From positions 82,089 through 146,088 of the forward strand of contig BJHK01000010.1 of assembly GCA_014192425.1 (NCBI GenBank): DNA of 64,000 nucleotides. Direction: 5' to 3'. The stretch's first letter is position 1; each line of letters begins with the position of its first letter. The DNA is from Planctomycetia bacterium. Lineage in GTDB: Bacteria > Planctomycetota > Planctomycetia > Pirellulales > UBA1268. Of this stretch, positions 28,685 to 37,652 are shown one piece after another. The position numbers and the translations under genes were made by a program. The notes under the pieces were generated by a model. It saw only the letters and a list, made by a program, of their open reading frames with translations, had not been told where the DNA came from and did not search any database.

Positions 28685-29949
28685 CCATGCCCCTTCCGTT
28701 TCTGTTTCCGTTCCTCGGCTTTGCGCCGCTTCCGGTCGGCGTGAACGACCGACCGCATAGCGTCCGTCGCACGTTCGACCGATTCCCGAACCGGGTCCAG
28801 GGTCAGCCGCGCGTAGACCGCCGTGGATCGCGTGTTCCGGTGCCCGAGGGACTTTCCGATCAGCAGTTCGGACGACCCGTTCGCGGCTTGCCACGACCCG
28901 AACGTGCGCCGCAGATCGTGCAGCCGCACGTCCTCGAATCCCGCCGCCTTGAACACCTTCGCCAGCGGTTTCCGAACGTCCTTCAAGTGTTCCTTGCCAT
29001 GCCGGCCGGGGAACACCCATTCCCGCCCGCCGGCGGCGAACAGGCGCGACCGAATCACCTCCACCGCTTCGGCGACCAGGGGAACGTAAACCGGCGACTT
29101 GTTCTTCGAATCGGTCTGCGGAATCGTCCAGACCGCTCGAGGTAGGTCAACGTCCGCGAACCTCATTCGCATGAGCGCCGTTTTCCTCGCCCCCGTCAGC
29201 AGGGCGAGCCGCAGGAAATCGGCGATCCGCACGTCCTCGGCGGCGTCGATCGCGTCGAAAAGCCGGGGTAGTTCCTCGGGGGTCACGAACCGTTCGCGTT
29301 CGTGCTCCGTGAACGGCTTCACCTTCCTCACCGGGTTCCCGCCGGCGAAATTGAAATCCCCGGCGGCAACCTCGAACAGCCGGTGCAGGACCCCGCGCCA
29401 GCGGTTCGCAAGGTAGGGGCCGTTTTCCTTGCCGAGCCGGCGGTGCATTTCGAGCACGTCCATCTTCGTCACGGCGGACAGCCGGCGGGACTTCCAGGTC
29501 GGGGAATTCGCCTCGAACAGCCGTTCCATATGCGCCCACGTCCGGCAGTTCGGCTTCCAGTGATGTTCGACCGTGTGGGCGAGGACTTCGCCGAGGGTCG
29601 GATCGGACCGGTCGGGTTGCCGGCGGCGGCGGCGTTCGGCGTTCGGGTCGCGCCCCTCGGCGATTTCGCCGGCGGTTTTCTGGACCAACCGCCGGGCCGC
29701 TTCCGGGGTCAGGTCGGGATAGCCCCCGAGCCGGACCCGGCGGGGCCGGCCGTTCACCTTGCGGTAGAGGTAGAACGACCGCGCGCCGCTCGAGGTCGTT
29801 TCCAGGTAGAAGCCGCGCACGTCCTGGTCGAAGACGACCGTGCGGCCGGTCGCGGGAACCGGAATCGCGTCGATGGTCCGTTTGGTCAGCCGTGTTCGTG
29901 TCGGCGGGGTTCGTTTCTGGCGGTTCGGTTGTGCGGTCATTTTGAACAC
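28681..29949 (-). CDS. int: Tyrosine recombinase/integrase (P4-like, with N-terminal DUF4102-type arm-binding domain)
   Basis: N-terminus LTKRTIDAI...DQDVRGFYLETTSSGARSFYLYRKVNGRPRRVRLG. Catalytic residues in LLTGARKTAL (R), HDLRRTF (HxxR) and LGHRNTRSTAVYARL (H..Y). Adjacent to attR. Confidence 0.92.
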   Translation of the reverse strand: MFKMTAQPNRQKRTPPTRTRLTKRTIDAIPVPATGRTVVFDQDVRGFYLETTSSGARSFYLYRKVNGRPRRVRLGGYPDLTPEAARRLVQKTAGEIAEGRDPNAERRRRRQPDRSDPTLGEVLAHTVEHHWKPNCRTWAHMERLFEANSPTWKSRRLSAVTKMDVLEMHRRLGKENGPYLANRWRGVLHRLFEVAAGDFNFAGGNPVRKVKPFTEHERERFVTPEELPRLFDAIDAAEDVRIADFLRLALLTGARKTALMRMRFADVDLPRAVWTIPQTDSKNKSPVYVPLVAEAVEVIRSRLFAAGGREWVFPGRHGKEHLKDVRKPLAKVFKAAGFEDVRLHDLRRTFGSWQAANGSSELLIGKSLGHRNTRSTAVYARLTLDPVRESVERATDAMRSVVHADRKRRKAEERKQKRKGHG

Positions 29950-29970
29950 CTATGGGAACCAAACGTTCCT

Positions 29971-29993
29971 CGGCGCTACCTCGGCGCTACCGC
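29971..29993 (+). repeat. Tandem 10-mer pair near attR (candidate integrase arm-type site)
   Basis: cggcgctacc-t-cggcgctacc-gc; 22/23 identical to 23143-23165. Lies between the int start (29949) and the attR core (30123). Confidence 0.6.
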
Positions 29994-30122
29994 CGGGGTC
30001 TACTCGGGTCCATGAACGTCAACGAACGTCCACGGCCAAATATCGCCATTTTCTACGGGTAAATCAACAGAAAAGCCGTCCCGAGGGGGGCGTCTTCAAT
30101 CCCCGTCCATCCCCCCCGAAAT

Positions 30123-30168
30123 TTGGTTTGGGACCAAGAGGTCGAGAGTTCGAATCTCTCCGCTCCGA
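30123..30168. repeat. attR core (displaced copy of the tRNA-Pro 3' half)
   Basis: Identical to 23027-23072; flanking bases differ on both sides. Confidence 0.9.
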
Positions 30169-30377
30169 CTCGATGGCGACGAACCAGTCGACGCTGGATC
30201 GTCGAGCGGCGGAATTGTATGGTTCCCGGGAGTACGGTACGCTCCCGAAGTCAGTGCCTGGGCAGCGGCTCGACTCGCGGTAAACCGCGGCGCAGCCGCG
30301 GGGTTCCGGTGCCTCGAAATTCCCGGCACCGCAGCATCGACGGCGCCGTGCAACAGGGAGCCGATGCAGGATCATCA

Positions 30378-31223
30378 ATGGCTCGACTCGACAGGCATAT
30401 GCAGAGGCTCGAGTCGCTCCGCAGGCGACTTGGGTTCATCATCGATGCGTTGTGCATTCGTCAAATTGCGAGTTGTGTATTGTCGATCATCCCCGTCCGC
30501 CGGACCGCTGACGGAGCTTCGGTTCGAATCCGATGCTGGTCGGACATCCTGGCTTACGAGGAGATTTTCACTGGCGGAATCTACGATTCCGTGTTCGACG
30601 CGGCCCCCGTCGCGACGTATTGCGACCTGGGTTGTCAGAGCGGCATGGCGATCTTAAGGCTTGTGAACCGGTCTGGGCCGCCGGCATGTAGCCTGCTGAT
30701 CGACGGCAATCCGCGGGCCGTGGCCCGCTGTCGGGAAAACGTGCGCGAAGCGGGGATCAGGCACGCGGTAGTCGTTCACGGCGCCGTCGGCTGCGGCGCC
30801 GGCGATGCTCATGATGGCACAGTGCATTTCAAGATTGTGCCCAATGAACTCGAGTGCTGTGTGGCGGAGATCGGGGCGACGCCGATGGTTGCGCTCACCT
30901 TGCCCGTCCCAGCCATCGATCTGGAGGCCGCGTGGCGCGAGCATTGCGGCGACGTTTCGTGTGAGTTGCTGAAGATGGACATCGAAGGAGCCGAGCTGAA
31001 TGTGCTTCGCACGGAGTCAAGGTTCCTGAAGCGCGTGCAGCGATGCGTGCTCGAATGGCATGATCCACCGGCTTCGCTTGCCGAGATAACGAACATGCTT
31101 CGCACGCACGGGTTTGTGGACATCGAGTCGATCTGGCAACGTGATTCCACGGGCGTGTTGACCTGCCGGCGTAGTCGTTGCGACGACGAGACACGGTCCG
31201 GGGCCGATGCGTGCGGCCAGTAG
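30378..31223 (+). CDS. FkbM-family methyltransferase
   Basis: Start at ATG 30378. YCDLGCQSGMAILRL (SAM-binding loop) and the hallmark LKMDIEGAELNVL. The listed longer ORF starts inside attR and is rejected. GC about 55%. Confidence 0.8.
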   Translation: MARLDRHMQRLESLRRRLGFIIDALCIRQIASCVLSIIPVRRTADGASVRIRCWSDILAYEEIFTGGIYDSVFDAAPVATYCDLGCQSGMAILRLVNRSGPPACSLLIDGNPRAVARCRENVREAGIRHAVVVHGAVGCGAGDAHDGTVHFKIVPNELECCVAEIGATPMVALTLPVPAIDLEAAWREHCGDVSCELLKMDIEGAELNVLRTESRFLKRVQRCVLEWHDPPASLAEITNMLRTHGFVDIESIWQRDSTGVLTCRRSRCDDETRSGADACGQ

Positions 31224-31234
31224 CCTTTAATGTC

Positions 31235-32551
31235 GGTTCTTCGGGACTTTCAGTGGCACCGTAGCTGCGGTTTCAGATCCAGTTTCCCGCAAAAGAACAA
31301 GATTCGCGTTTGGTAGTTCGGGAACGAGCGAAAGCCGCGAGCCGCGTACTTCAAGGACTGGATGACGCTGTTGAAGCCCTCACTCGCCGCATTCGTGATT
31401 CGATAGAGGAAGTAGCTCAAAAGATTCGGGAGGTGCCGCTTGAGCATCTTGGCCACCTTGACCATAGGCCGGAGGCGGCATCTTGCTCCCCATGCGTACC
31501 ACCGCTTGAAGAACTGCTCGGCACTCGTCGAGTAGACATGACGCCAGAACCAGCGGAAATCTTCCTTGATTGCCCAGGCTCGGGCCGTTTTCAGCCCTTT
31601 GCGGCGGATGGCTGCGAATCTACGGCGCTGCTTCCATGAGAGGTTGGACTTGTTGAGGAGCCAGAGTTGGCGTGTGCCCTTCAGCCGGTCATCGTCTTCC
31701 GCTTGGAGAGCCTTGTTTTCTGATCGCCGCACTTGATCTACAGCTTCACCGAGGTGCTTGGCCACATGGAACTTGTCGTGCACCAACTTGGCATTCGGAG
31801 TCTGTTTCGCCACGGCATTTGCATACGCAGGAAGCATGTCGGCCGCCACGGCTTGGACCTGCTGCCGCTGCTCGGGCGTCAGGGTCTGGAGGATCGCCTC
31901 TGCTGCGACCTGCGTTCTGTCTGGAACGACGTCCAGGACGCGGGAACCATTGAGATCTGTCAGCACAGTGATGTAGTCGTGGCCTCTTCCGAAGCTCTTT
32001 TCATCGATTCCGAGATGGGGAATCGGCGTTGCCTCACGCCGCTCCAGGCCCCGCTCGACAGCTCGGTTCATGATCGTCTGCAAGGAATCCCAGGAGAGTC
32101 CAAGAAGGGCAGCAGCGGCTTTGACGTTGCGGCACGCCTGCAACACTTCGATGGCAAAGGCTTCGAAGAGCAGAGTGAATCGACTATGCTTTCCGGCCCA
32201 CGGAGGTATGATCGTCTTCACTCCGTGTTCCGGGCAGCGGGATCGAGGAAGTCCGGCGACCAGCTCCGTCGTGACCTGCATGGTGTCGAGGTGTCGCCAA
32301 CGCCGTTCATCGGCATGATCGGCAAGGCCACATGCACGGCCAGATTCAGGACAGGCGATGCCCGAGCCGACGTGCTTCAAGCGGATTTCGACTTGGCGGT
32401 CCTCGAGCCGTAGGTCAACCGCCTCAACCCGCCAGGATTCGTCGGTTCCCAGCAGTCGGGCGTAGTGGGTGGCAAGTGTTTCCATCCCCCCATTTTAAGC
32501 CTCGCCCGTCCGAACTCTGCCAGCTCGTGCCACGAAATTCCCCGAAGAACC
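31235..32551. mobile_element. ISL3-family insertion sequence (1317 bp, apparently intact)
   Basis: Imperfect ~25-bp terminal inverted repeats: ggttcttcgggactttcagtggcac (31235-) and the reverse complement of gtgccacgaaattccccgaagaacc (-32551). Single transposase ORF. Flanking 8-mers are ttaatgtc and ttaatatg (5/8 identical). Confidence 0.85.
31250..32485 (-). CDS. ISL3 family transposase
   Basis: N-terminal zinc-finger-like CPESGRAC...CPEHG, then LGIDEKSFGRGHDYITVLTDL and HDKFHVAKHL, typical of DDE_Tnp_ISL3. Confidence 0.9.
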   Translation of the reverse strand: METLATHYARLLGTDESWRVEAVDLRLEDRQVEIRLKHVGSGIACPESGRACGLADHADERRWRHLDTMQVTTELVAGLPRSRCPEHGVKTIIPPWAGKHSRFTLLFEAFAIEVLQACRNVKAAAALLGLSWDSLQTIMNRAVERGLERREATPIPHLGIDEKSFGRGHDYITVLTDLNGSRVLDVVPDRTQVAAEAILQTLTPEQRQQVQAVAADMLPAYANAVAKQTPNAKLVHDKFHVAKHLGEAVDQVRRSENKALQAEDDDRLKGTRQLWLLNKSNLSWKQRRRFAAIRRKGLKTARAWAIKEDFRWFWRHVYSTSAEQFFKRWYAWGARCRLRPMVKVAKMLKRHLPNLLSYFLYRITNAASEGFNSVIQSLKYAARGFRSFPNYQTRILFFCGKLDLKPQLRCH

Positions 32552-32699
32552 TTAATATGTCGGAGCCAGGTGAAAAGCCTGATATTCCCGTGTGCTCGCG
32601 AGGTGCGTCGCCTTACCTTTTCCACGCGATCCACGGGGCAGGTTCTCTTCCGCACCTCACGTGCTCTCGGAAAACCGTCCCAACGCACATCCATAAACC

Positions 32700-33872
32700 A
32701 TGAAAATCGCGATTCTCTATGACGTTTTGTATCCCTTCTCCATTGGGGGCGGTGAGAGAACCAACTGGGAGCTTGCCCGCCGCCTGGTGGCGCGGGGTCA
32801 CGAGGTAACCCTTGTGTCTTCGCGGATGTGGGCGGGAAGGTCGGATATCGAGCGTGAGGGGGTTCGGTGCGTGGGTGTGTGTCGATGGCACGCGCGAGCC
32901 AACGGGCTCGGAAACCGGAGCATCGCGCAGCCGGTCCTCTTCGCATTCGGAACGTTTCTGTTTCTTCGGCGGGAGAACTTCGACGTCGTCGTATGCTGTG
33001 CGTTTCCATACCTCGCCGCGCTGGCAGCCAAAGCCGCTCTGGCGTTCACGCGCACGCCGCTCATGCTGATGTGGTTCGAAGCCAGGGGTCTTGCCGCATG
33101 GATGAGACAAGCAGGACCGGTTCTCGGCGCGTGCGCGGCTTTTTTCGAGAAGTGGGCAAGCTGCCTTTCGTCGTTGAATCAAGCCAATTCCTCGTTTACG
33201 GCCGGTCGCATGGTTCGGCTGCTCGGGATGCGGCCGGAATCGATCACGATCATCCATTGCGGCGTCGACAATGCATCACTGGCCGCGCTGACGGAAAATC
33301 GCAAGGAACCGGCGATTCTCACGGTCAGTCGCCTGGTGCCGCACAAGAGAATAGACACCCTCATCCGCGCATTCAGGAATCTGGCTGGCGAGTTTCCGGA
33401 TCTCATGCTGTGGATAGTCGGTTCTGGCGTCGAGCGCGCTGCGCTGGAGAGCGAAGTGCGGGAGTCTCGCCTCGTGGAGCGGGTGGTGTTCATGGAGCAT
33501 GTGCCGGAAGAATCGCTTCAACGACTGCTTGGGACAGCGCGGGTGTTCGTGCTGCCATCGGAACAGGAGGGGTTTGGCATGGTGCTCGTCGAAGCCATGG
33601 CCGCCGGCGTGCCTGTGATTGCCAGACGATCTCCGCTTTCCGCCGCGCAGGACATCATCGAAGACGGCCGCGATGGCCTGCTATTCGACAGCGATGAAGC
33701 ACTGGTGTATCTGTTGCGCCGCGTGCTTACAAACGACGATCTGGCAGCAACGCTGATCGCAGCCGGCAAGGTCAAGGCTGCCGAGAATGACTGGGATGGT
33801 TCGATTGTCCCGGCTTTTGAAGCGTGGATGGCAAGCGCGACTCGCCGGCACGGATTCGGCCGGGTGTCGTGA
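32700..33872 (+). CDS. Glycosyltransferase family 4 (GT-B)
   Basis: MKIAILYDVLYPFSIGGGERTNWELARRLVARGHEV and the EX7E region LPSEQEGFGMVLVEAMAAGVPVIA. Confidence 0.85.
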   Translation: MKIAILYDVLYPFSIGGGERTNWELARRLVARGHEVTLVSSRMWAGRSDIEREGVRCVGVCRWHARANGLGNRSIAQPVLFAFGTFLFLRRENFDVVVCCAFPYLAALAAKAALAFTRTPLMLMWFEARGLAAWMRQAGPVLGACAAFFEKWASCLSSLNQANSSFTAGRMVRLLGMRPESITIIHCGVDNASLAALTENRKEPAILTVSRLVPHKRIDTLIRAFRNLAGEFPDLMLWIVGSGVERAALESEVRESRLVERVVFMEHVPEESLQRLLGTARVFVLPSEQEGFGMVLVEAMAAGVPVIARRSPLSAAQDIIEDGRDGLLFDSDEALVYLLRRVLTNDDLAATLIAAGKVKAAENDWDGSIVPAFEAWMASATRRHGFGRVS

Positions 33873-34058
33873 TGGTGGGACACGTTGTGATGGCGGGGCA
33901 GGCAGGCCGTGTCAGAATCGAAGAGTGGGGCGTCGCCGAATCTCAGAACACTGGTGCCAAAGTGTGGAGCCTGTGCCGGGGTCTGTCTGAAAGCCGGGCC
34001 GGATTGGCTGCGTCGCGGATGTGTGAGCGGACGGCCGAGCAAAGGTTTCTGACAGAGC

Positions 34059-35042
34059 CTAGGGCGCCGTGTCGTTCGTTCGATTATCCGGCTCACTACC
34101 TCGCGAACGCCTCATGTCCGCGACGACGTAGATCGGCCGCTGCTTGGCCTGGAAGTAGATGCGGCAGACGTATTCCCCCACCACAGACGTCGCTACCAGG
34201 TTCGCACCCCCGAGCATGAAAGCCAGTACGAGCAGCGATGTCCAACCACGGACGGTGACGTCCTTGAACAACATCTGCGTGATCAGTGTGTTGGCCAGGT
34301 AGACGCCCGCCACCAGGCAGACCACGATCCCGATCAGCAGCGCGATCCGGATCGGGAGCCGCGAATAGCCGAACAGGCCGTCAAGGGCGCCCTCGACGCG
34401 GCGCAGCACGCTGTACCGTGTCACGCCGGCATGGCGACCGGGCCGGTCGTAGGGGACGCCGATCTGCTTGAACCCCACCCAGCTCCGCATGCCCCTGATC
34501 AACCGGTCGCGCTCCGGCATCTGCGCGATCAGCTTGGCGACCCGCTTGCTCATCAGCCCGAAGTCGCCGGCGTCGAGCGGGATTGGCCGCTCTGCGATGG
34601 CATTGAAGGCACGGTAGAAGGCGGCGAAGCAGAACCGCAGCCAGAGCGGCTCCTTGCGGTTCCTGCGCACGCCGTAGACCACGTCGTGCCCGGTGCGGAA
34701 ATGATCGAGGAACGTGGCGATCAGTTCCGGCGGATCCTGCAGGTCGGCGTCGAGGAAAATCAACGCGTCCCCCGACGCGTGGGCCATGCCGGCGGTGATC
34801 GCCGCCTGGTGGCCGAAGTTCCGCGACAACCGGACGACGAGCCACGAGAGCCGGTCGTCGGCCGGCAGGGCGGCGATCCGCTCGACCGTGTCGTCGGTGC
34901 TGCCGTCGTCCACGAACACCGCCTCGAAGCGGGCATCGGCGATGCCCGCGGTGACCTCCCGGAGCCGCGCCCAGAGCGCCGCAACGTTGTCGGACTCGTT
35001 GAGAACGGGAATGACGAGGGAGACGAGCATCGCGGATGGCAT
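34059..35042 (-). CDS. GT2 polyprenyl-phosphate glycosyltransferase (GtrB/ArnC-like)
   Basis: VSLVIPVLNE, VFVDDGSTDDT and FLDADLQDPPE motifs, plus two C-terminal TM segments as in GtrB/ArnC/DPM1-like enzymes. Confidence 0.85.
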   Translation of the reverse strand: MPSAMLVSLVIPVLNESDNVAALWARLREVTAGIADARFEAVFVDDGSTDDTVERIAALPADDRLSWLVVRLSRNFGHQAAITAGMAHASGDALIFLDADLQDPPELIATFLDHFRTGHDVVYGVRRNRKEPLWLRFCFAAFYRAFNAIAERPIPLDAGDFGLMSKRVAKLIAQMPERDRLIRGMRSWVGFKQIGVPYDRPGRHAGVTRYSVLRRVEGALDGLFGYSRLPIRIALLIGIVVCLVAGVYLANTLITQMLFKDVTVRGWTSLLVLAFMLGGANLVATSVVGEYVCRIYFQAKQRPIYVVADMRRSRGSEPDNRTNDTAP

Positions 35043-35133
35043 GGGTACGACGAAGGGACCCCACTCTCGGAGCTGGGCCGCCTTCCAAATCTACCATCCT
35101 CCGGTGGCGGCTACCTGGCGGCCGCGAGGGGCT

Positions 35134-36783
35134 TCAATAGGCCGGCAGTCCCTTGATGTTCAGAACCGGGACCGTGAAGCCAGCCGCGGCCAATTGCTGC
35201 TTGGCCCGCTCCGGCGGATAGGCCGTGGGCTCGATCACCACCAGGGCCGCGACGTTCTCCCCCTTCAGGTTCGCCAGGGCCGCGTCGACGAGTGCCGGGT
35301 CCATGCCCCCGTCCACCGGCAGCATCAGCGCCCGCCGCCGGGCGTAGTAGCAGACGAGGCTCGACCAGTCCTGGCCGACACAGACGATGACCGAGCCCTC
35401 GGGCGTCGCCGACCGAATGTATTCCGCCACGCGGAGCACCTGCGTGTCGCCGAGTGTTTGGCGCGGCAGATGCATGGCCCGATGGCCCGTCACGGCGGCG
35501 AACGCCGCGAGTCCCAGCAGGATCAGGCCCGCCCGGCGGGTGCGGGTCTCCTCCAGCAGGGCCACGAAGGCGAATCCCAGCGCCATGATCAGGAACACGC
35601 CGTTCGCGTTCATGTAGTAGTCGTGGACCATGTGCAGGTTCGTGAACACGGCCGGCGCGAGAAGGTAGCAACCCAGGCAGGCGAGGGTCTCCCGCCGCCG
35701 CCGGGGCACGATGAGCGTGATGACGAGCGCCGCACCGAGGAGCATCCAGGCGAGCGGCGGGTAGCCGATCAGTTCCACGAACCGGTCGGTGATGATCGTC
35801 CACACCCGGAGGGAGAATTTCTGCGGCCACGTGCCGAAGAGCCACGCATCGTGCCTGGCACCGCGGAGATAAAGGGCGGCGATCGGGTTCGCGGCCCGGA
35901 CTCCATCCGCGAACGCCGACCAGACGACACCCGCGAGCAGCGGCAGCGCCGGGATTGCCAGCCACCACGCTGCCCGCCGCCATCGTTCGCGGGCCACTCC
36001 ATCCGGTTTCACGTCTCGCCACGCCGCGGCCGCCGCCAGCAGGCCGCAGGCCGCGAACGGCACCACGAACGTGGTGATCTTCAGCAGCGCACAGAGGGTG
36101 CCACAGAAAATGGCGACACCCCAGGTGAGCCAGGAGCGGTTCCGCACGGCCTCTAGCGTCGCGGCCAGAAACGCCATGCCGAAGAACGTGGTCATGAGCT
36201 CGATCATGAACGTCCGCCCCCAGAAGATGTAGAAGGGGCTGATGACGAACAGTGTCGCCGGCACCCAGGCGAGCCCCGGGGAAACGCCGCAGGCCCGGGC
36301 GATCCGCCAGATGGGGATCGTGGTGAGCAGGAAAAACACGAGCGAGACGAACCGGCCGGTCTGGTCGAGCGGCGTGCCGAACAGACCCACGATCCGGGCG
36401 ACGATCCATTGGTAGAGCGGGAACTCGAGCGGGATCGACCACGGCTTGCCGAGCACCGGCGTCTCGTAGGCCAACCGGAACGGCTGGCCGATCATGAACT
36501 GCGCCGTCATCGCGGTCTGCGACTGGCGAAACGAATGCCGGTCATTGAGCGTGTTGGCCCAGCCGATGCTCGCGGTCCAGACGGCGTACAGGAGACCGAC
36601 CACGAACAGGCCGAAAAAGAGACGACTGAGAAGCTGGTCCGCGTCGAATGCGGAGCCGATGGCTCCGGACAGCGGTCCTGCTGTCTGCGGTCCCGGCGCA
36701 CCGGGTGCCGCCGCCCGGCGCCTCCCGGTCCGGGCCTCCGCCCCGCGGTCGGCACGGTCGCCATCGGAAAGCATCTGATTCAT
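35134..36783 (-). CDS. GT-C-like polytopic membrane glycosyltransferase (ArnT/PMT-like)
   Basis: About 12 hydrophobic segments and a C-terminal soluble domain, sitting directly upstream of the GT2 gene in the same orientation. Start at ATG 36783 (MNQMLSD). The family assignment is tentative. Confidence 0.55.
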   Translation of the reverse strand: MNQMLSDGDRADRGAEARTGRRRAAAPGAPGPQTAGPLSGAIGSAFDADQLLSRLFFGLFVVGLLYAVWTASIGWANTLNDRHSFRQSQTAMTAQFMIGQPFRLAYETPVLGKPWSIPLEFPLYQWIVARIVGLFGTPLDQTGRFVSLVFFLLTTIPIWRIARACGVSPGLAWVPATLFVISPFYIFWGRTFMIELMTTFFGMAFLAATLEAVRNRSWLTWGVAIFCGTLCALLKITTFVVPFAACGLLAAAAAWRDVKPDGVARERWRRAAWWLAIPALPLLAGVVWSAFADGVRAANPIAALYLRGARHDAWLFGTWPQKFSLRVWTIITDRFVELIGYPPLAWMLLGAALVITLIVPRRRRETLACLGCYLLAPAVFTNLHMVHDYYMNANGVFLIMALGFAFVALLEETRTRRAGLILLGLAAFAAVTGHRAMHLPRQTLGDTQVLRVAEYIRSATPEGSVIVCVGQDWSSLVCYYARRRALMLPVDGGMDPALVDAALANLKGENVAALVVIEPTAYPPERAKQQLAAAGFTVPVLNIKGLPAY

Positions 36784-37011
36784 CGCATTCCACTCGCTGC
36801 AGAGGCACGCCCCACTGATCCGCATTTCATGAGCGGCAGCCGGGAATTCATGAGCATACTACTGGGAGCACGTTCTTGTAGACATCTGTCGTCGATGCAT
36901 CCGTGAGGGGCTGCTCATGCCCTGAGAGGCGGCGTTGCTGGCACGTGAAGGCAGGAAGCCGAAACGCAGCCAGCATCGAGTGAACGAAGGCCTGGAGGGC
37001 CGGAGTGAACG

Positions 37012-37048
37012 TCCGACGGTTCGGGGCGTGGGCAGCCCCGAACCGTCG
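37012..37048 (-). terminator. Strong hairpin downstream of the small secreted-protein gene
   Basis: Perfect 15-bp stem ccgacggttcggggc (37012-37026) / gccccgaaccgtcgg (37034-37048) with a 7-nt loop. No U-tract. Confidence 0.4.
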
Positions 37049-37232
37049 GCTCGTTGTGTCAACTATTGGATGCTCTCGGTTGTAAGCCCGGCAGGCGCAC
37101 TCTCAACGGTCCCTGGATTGGAGCCCGGATTTCCCCAGCCTCGGACCTGCGACGGCGACTTCGGGGGCAGCGATTCCGCTGGGCCGGGCGGCCGGGCCGG
37201 ATGGCCTGGCCGCCCGACACCACCACGGGCAA

Positions 37233-37652
37233 TCAGCGGACGAACGCGGCCATGCCGCTGAACGCCTTCAGCATGCCGACGAGCACGGCGGCCCGCGGCG
37301 ACAGGATCGTCAGGCCGTACATCAGCCGGGCCTGCCGCGTGACCGGTGGCTTGCGCACCAGCGCCACCGCCGGGCTGATCCGCGGCGAGACCAGGCCGAT
37401 GCCGGCGAGCCGGCCGGCCTGCGTCTTCAGGCCGCCGAGTTGGCCGATCTGGGCGAGCATGCTCAGCCGCGGGGCGATCAGGCCGAGCGGGCTGGCCGTC
37501 GGCAGGCCGGGCAGCGTGGGAACGAGCGGCTTGTTGAGCCGGGCCAACAGGCCGCCACCGGCGGACGAACCGCCCCACTGCGCCTGGCAGGGGGTGATGG
37601 AGGAGATGGCAAGCGCGAACGCGACAGCCATGACCGGAAGAGAACGAGTCAT
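37233..37652 (-). CDS. Small secreted hypothetical protein (139 aa)
   Basis: ATG 37652. Signal peptide MTRSLPVMAVAFALAISSITPCQA. Leu/Gly/Pro/Arg-rich mature part. High GC3. Confidence 0.55.
   Translation of the reverse strand: MTRSLPVMAVAFALAISSITPCQAQWGGSSAGGGLLARLNKPLVPTLPGLPTASPLGLIAPRLSMLAQIGQLGGLKTQAGRLAGIGLVSPRISPAVALVRKPPVTRQARLMYGLTILSPRAAVLVGMLKAFSGMAAFVR

Larger units (their letters stand above)
23073..30168. mobile_element. Integrative element (~7.1 kb) inserted in the 3' end of tRNA-Pro
   Basis: Bounded by 46-nt perfect direct repeats. Carries a tyrosine integrase next to attR, an AlpA/Xis-like HTH and a Walker-A NTPase. GC is heterogeneous: the cargo gene is about 50% against a ~69% backbone. 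Confidence 0.85.

Noticed and set aside
30123-30377. N-terminal extension of the FkbM ORF starting inside attR
   Set aside because: It begins within the displaced tRNA fragment, and the translated extension is Arg-rich noise. ATG 30378 gives a normal FkbM N-terminus.
36826-37232. Possible small gene or ncRNA between the GT-C-like gene and the small secreted-protein gene
   Set aside because: The two short ORFs (67 and 108 aa) lack start context and a plausible sequence. I saw no conserved core motif of RNase P RNA, tmRNA, SRP RNA or 6S RNA. Only the hairpin at 37012-37048 is reported.
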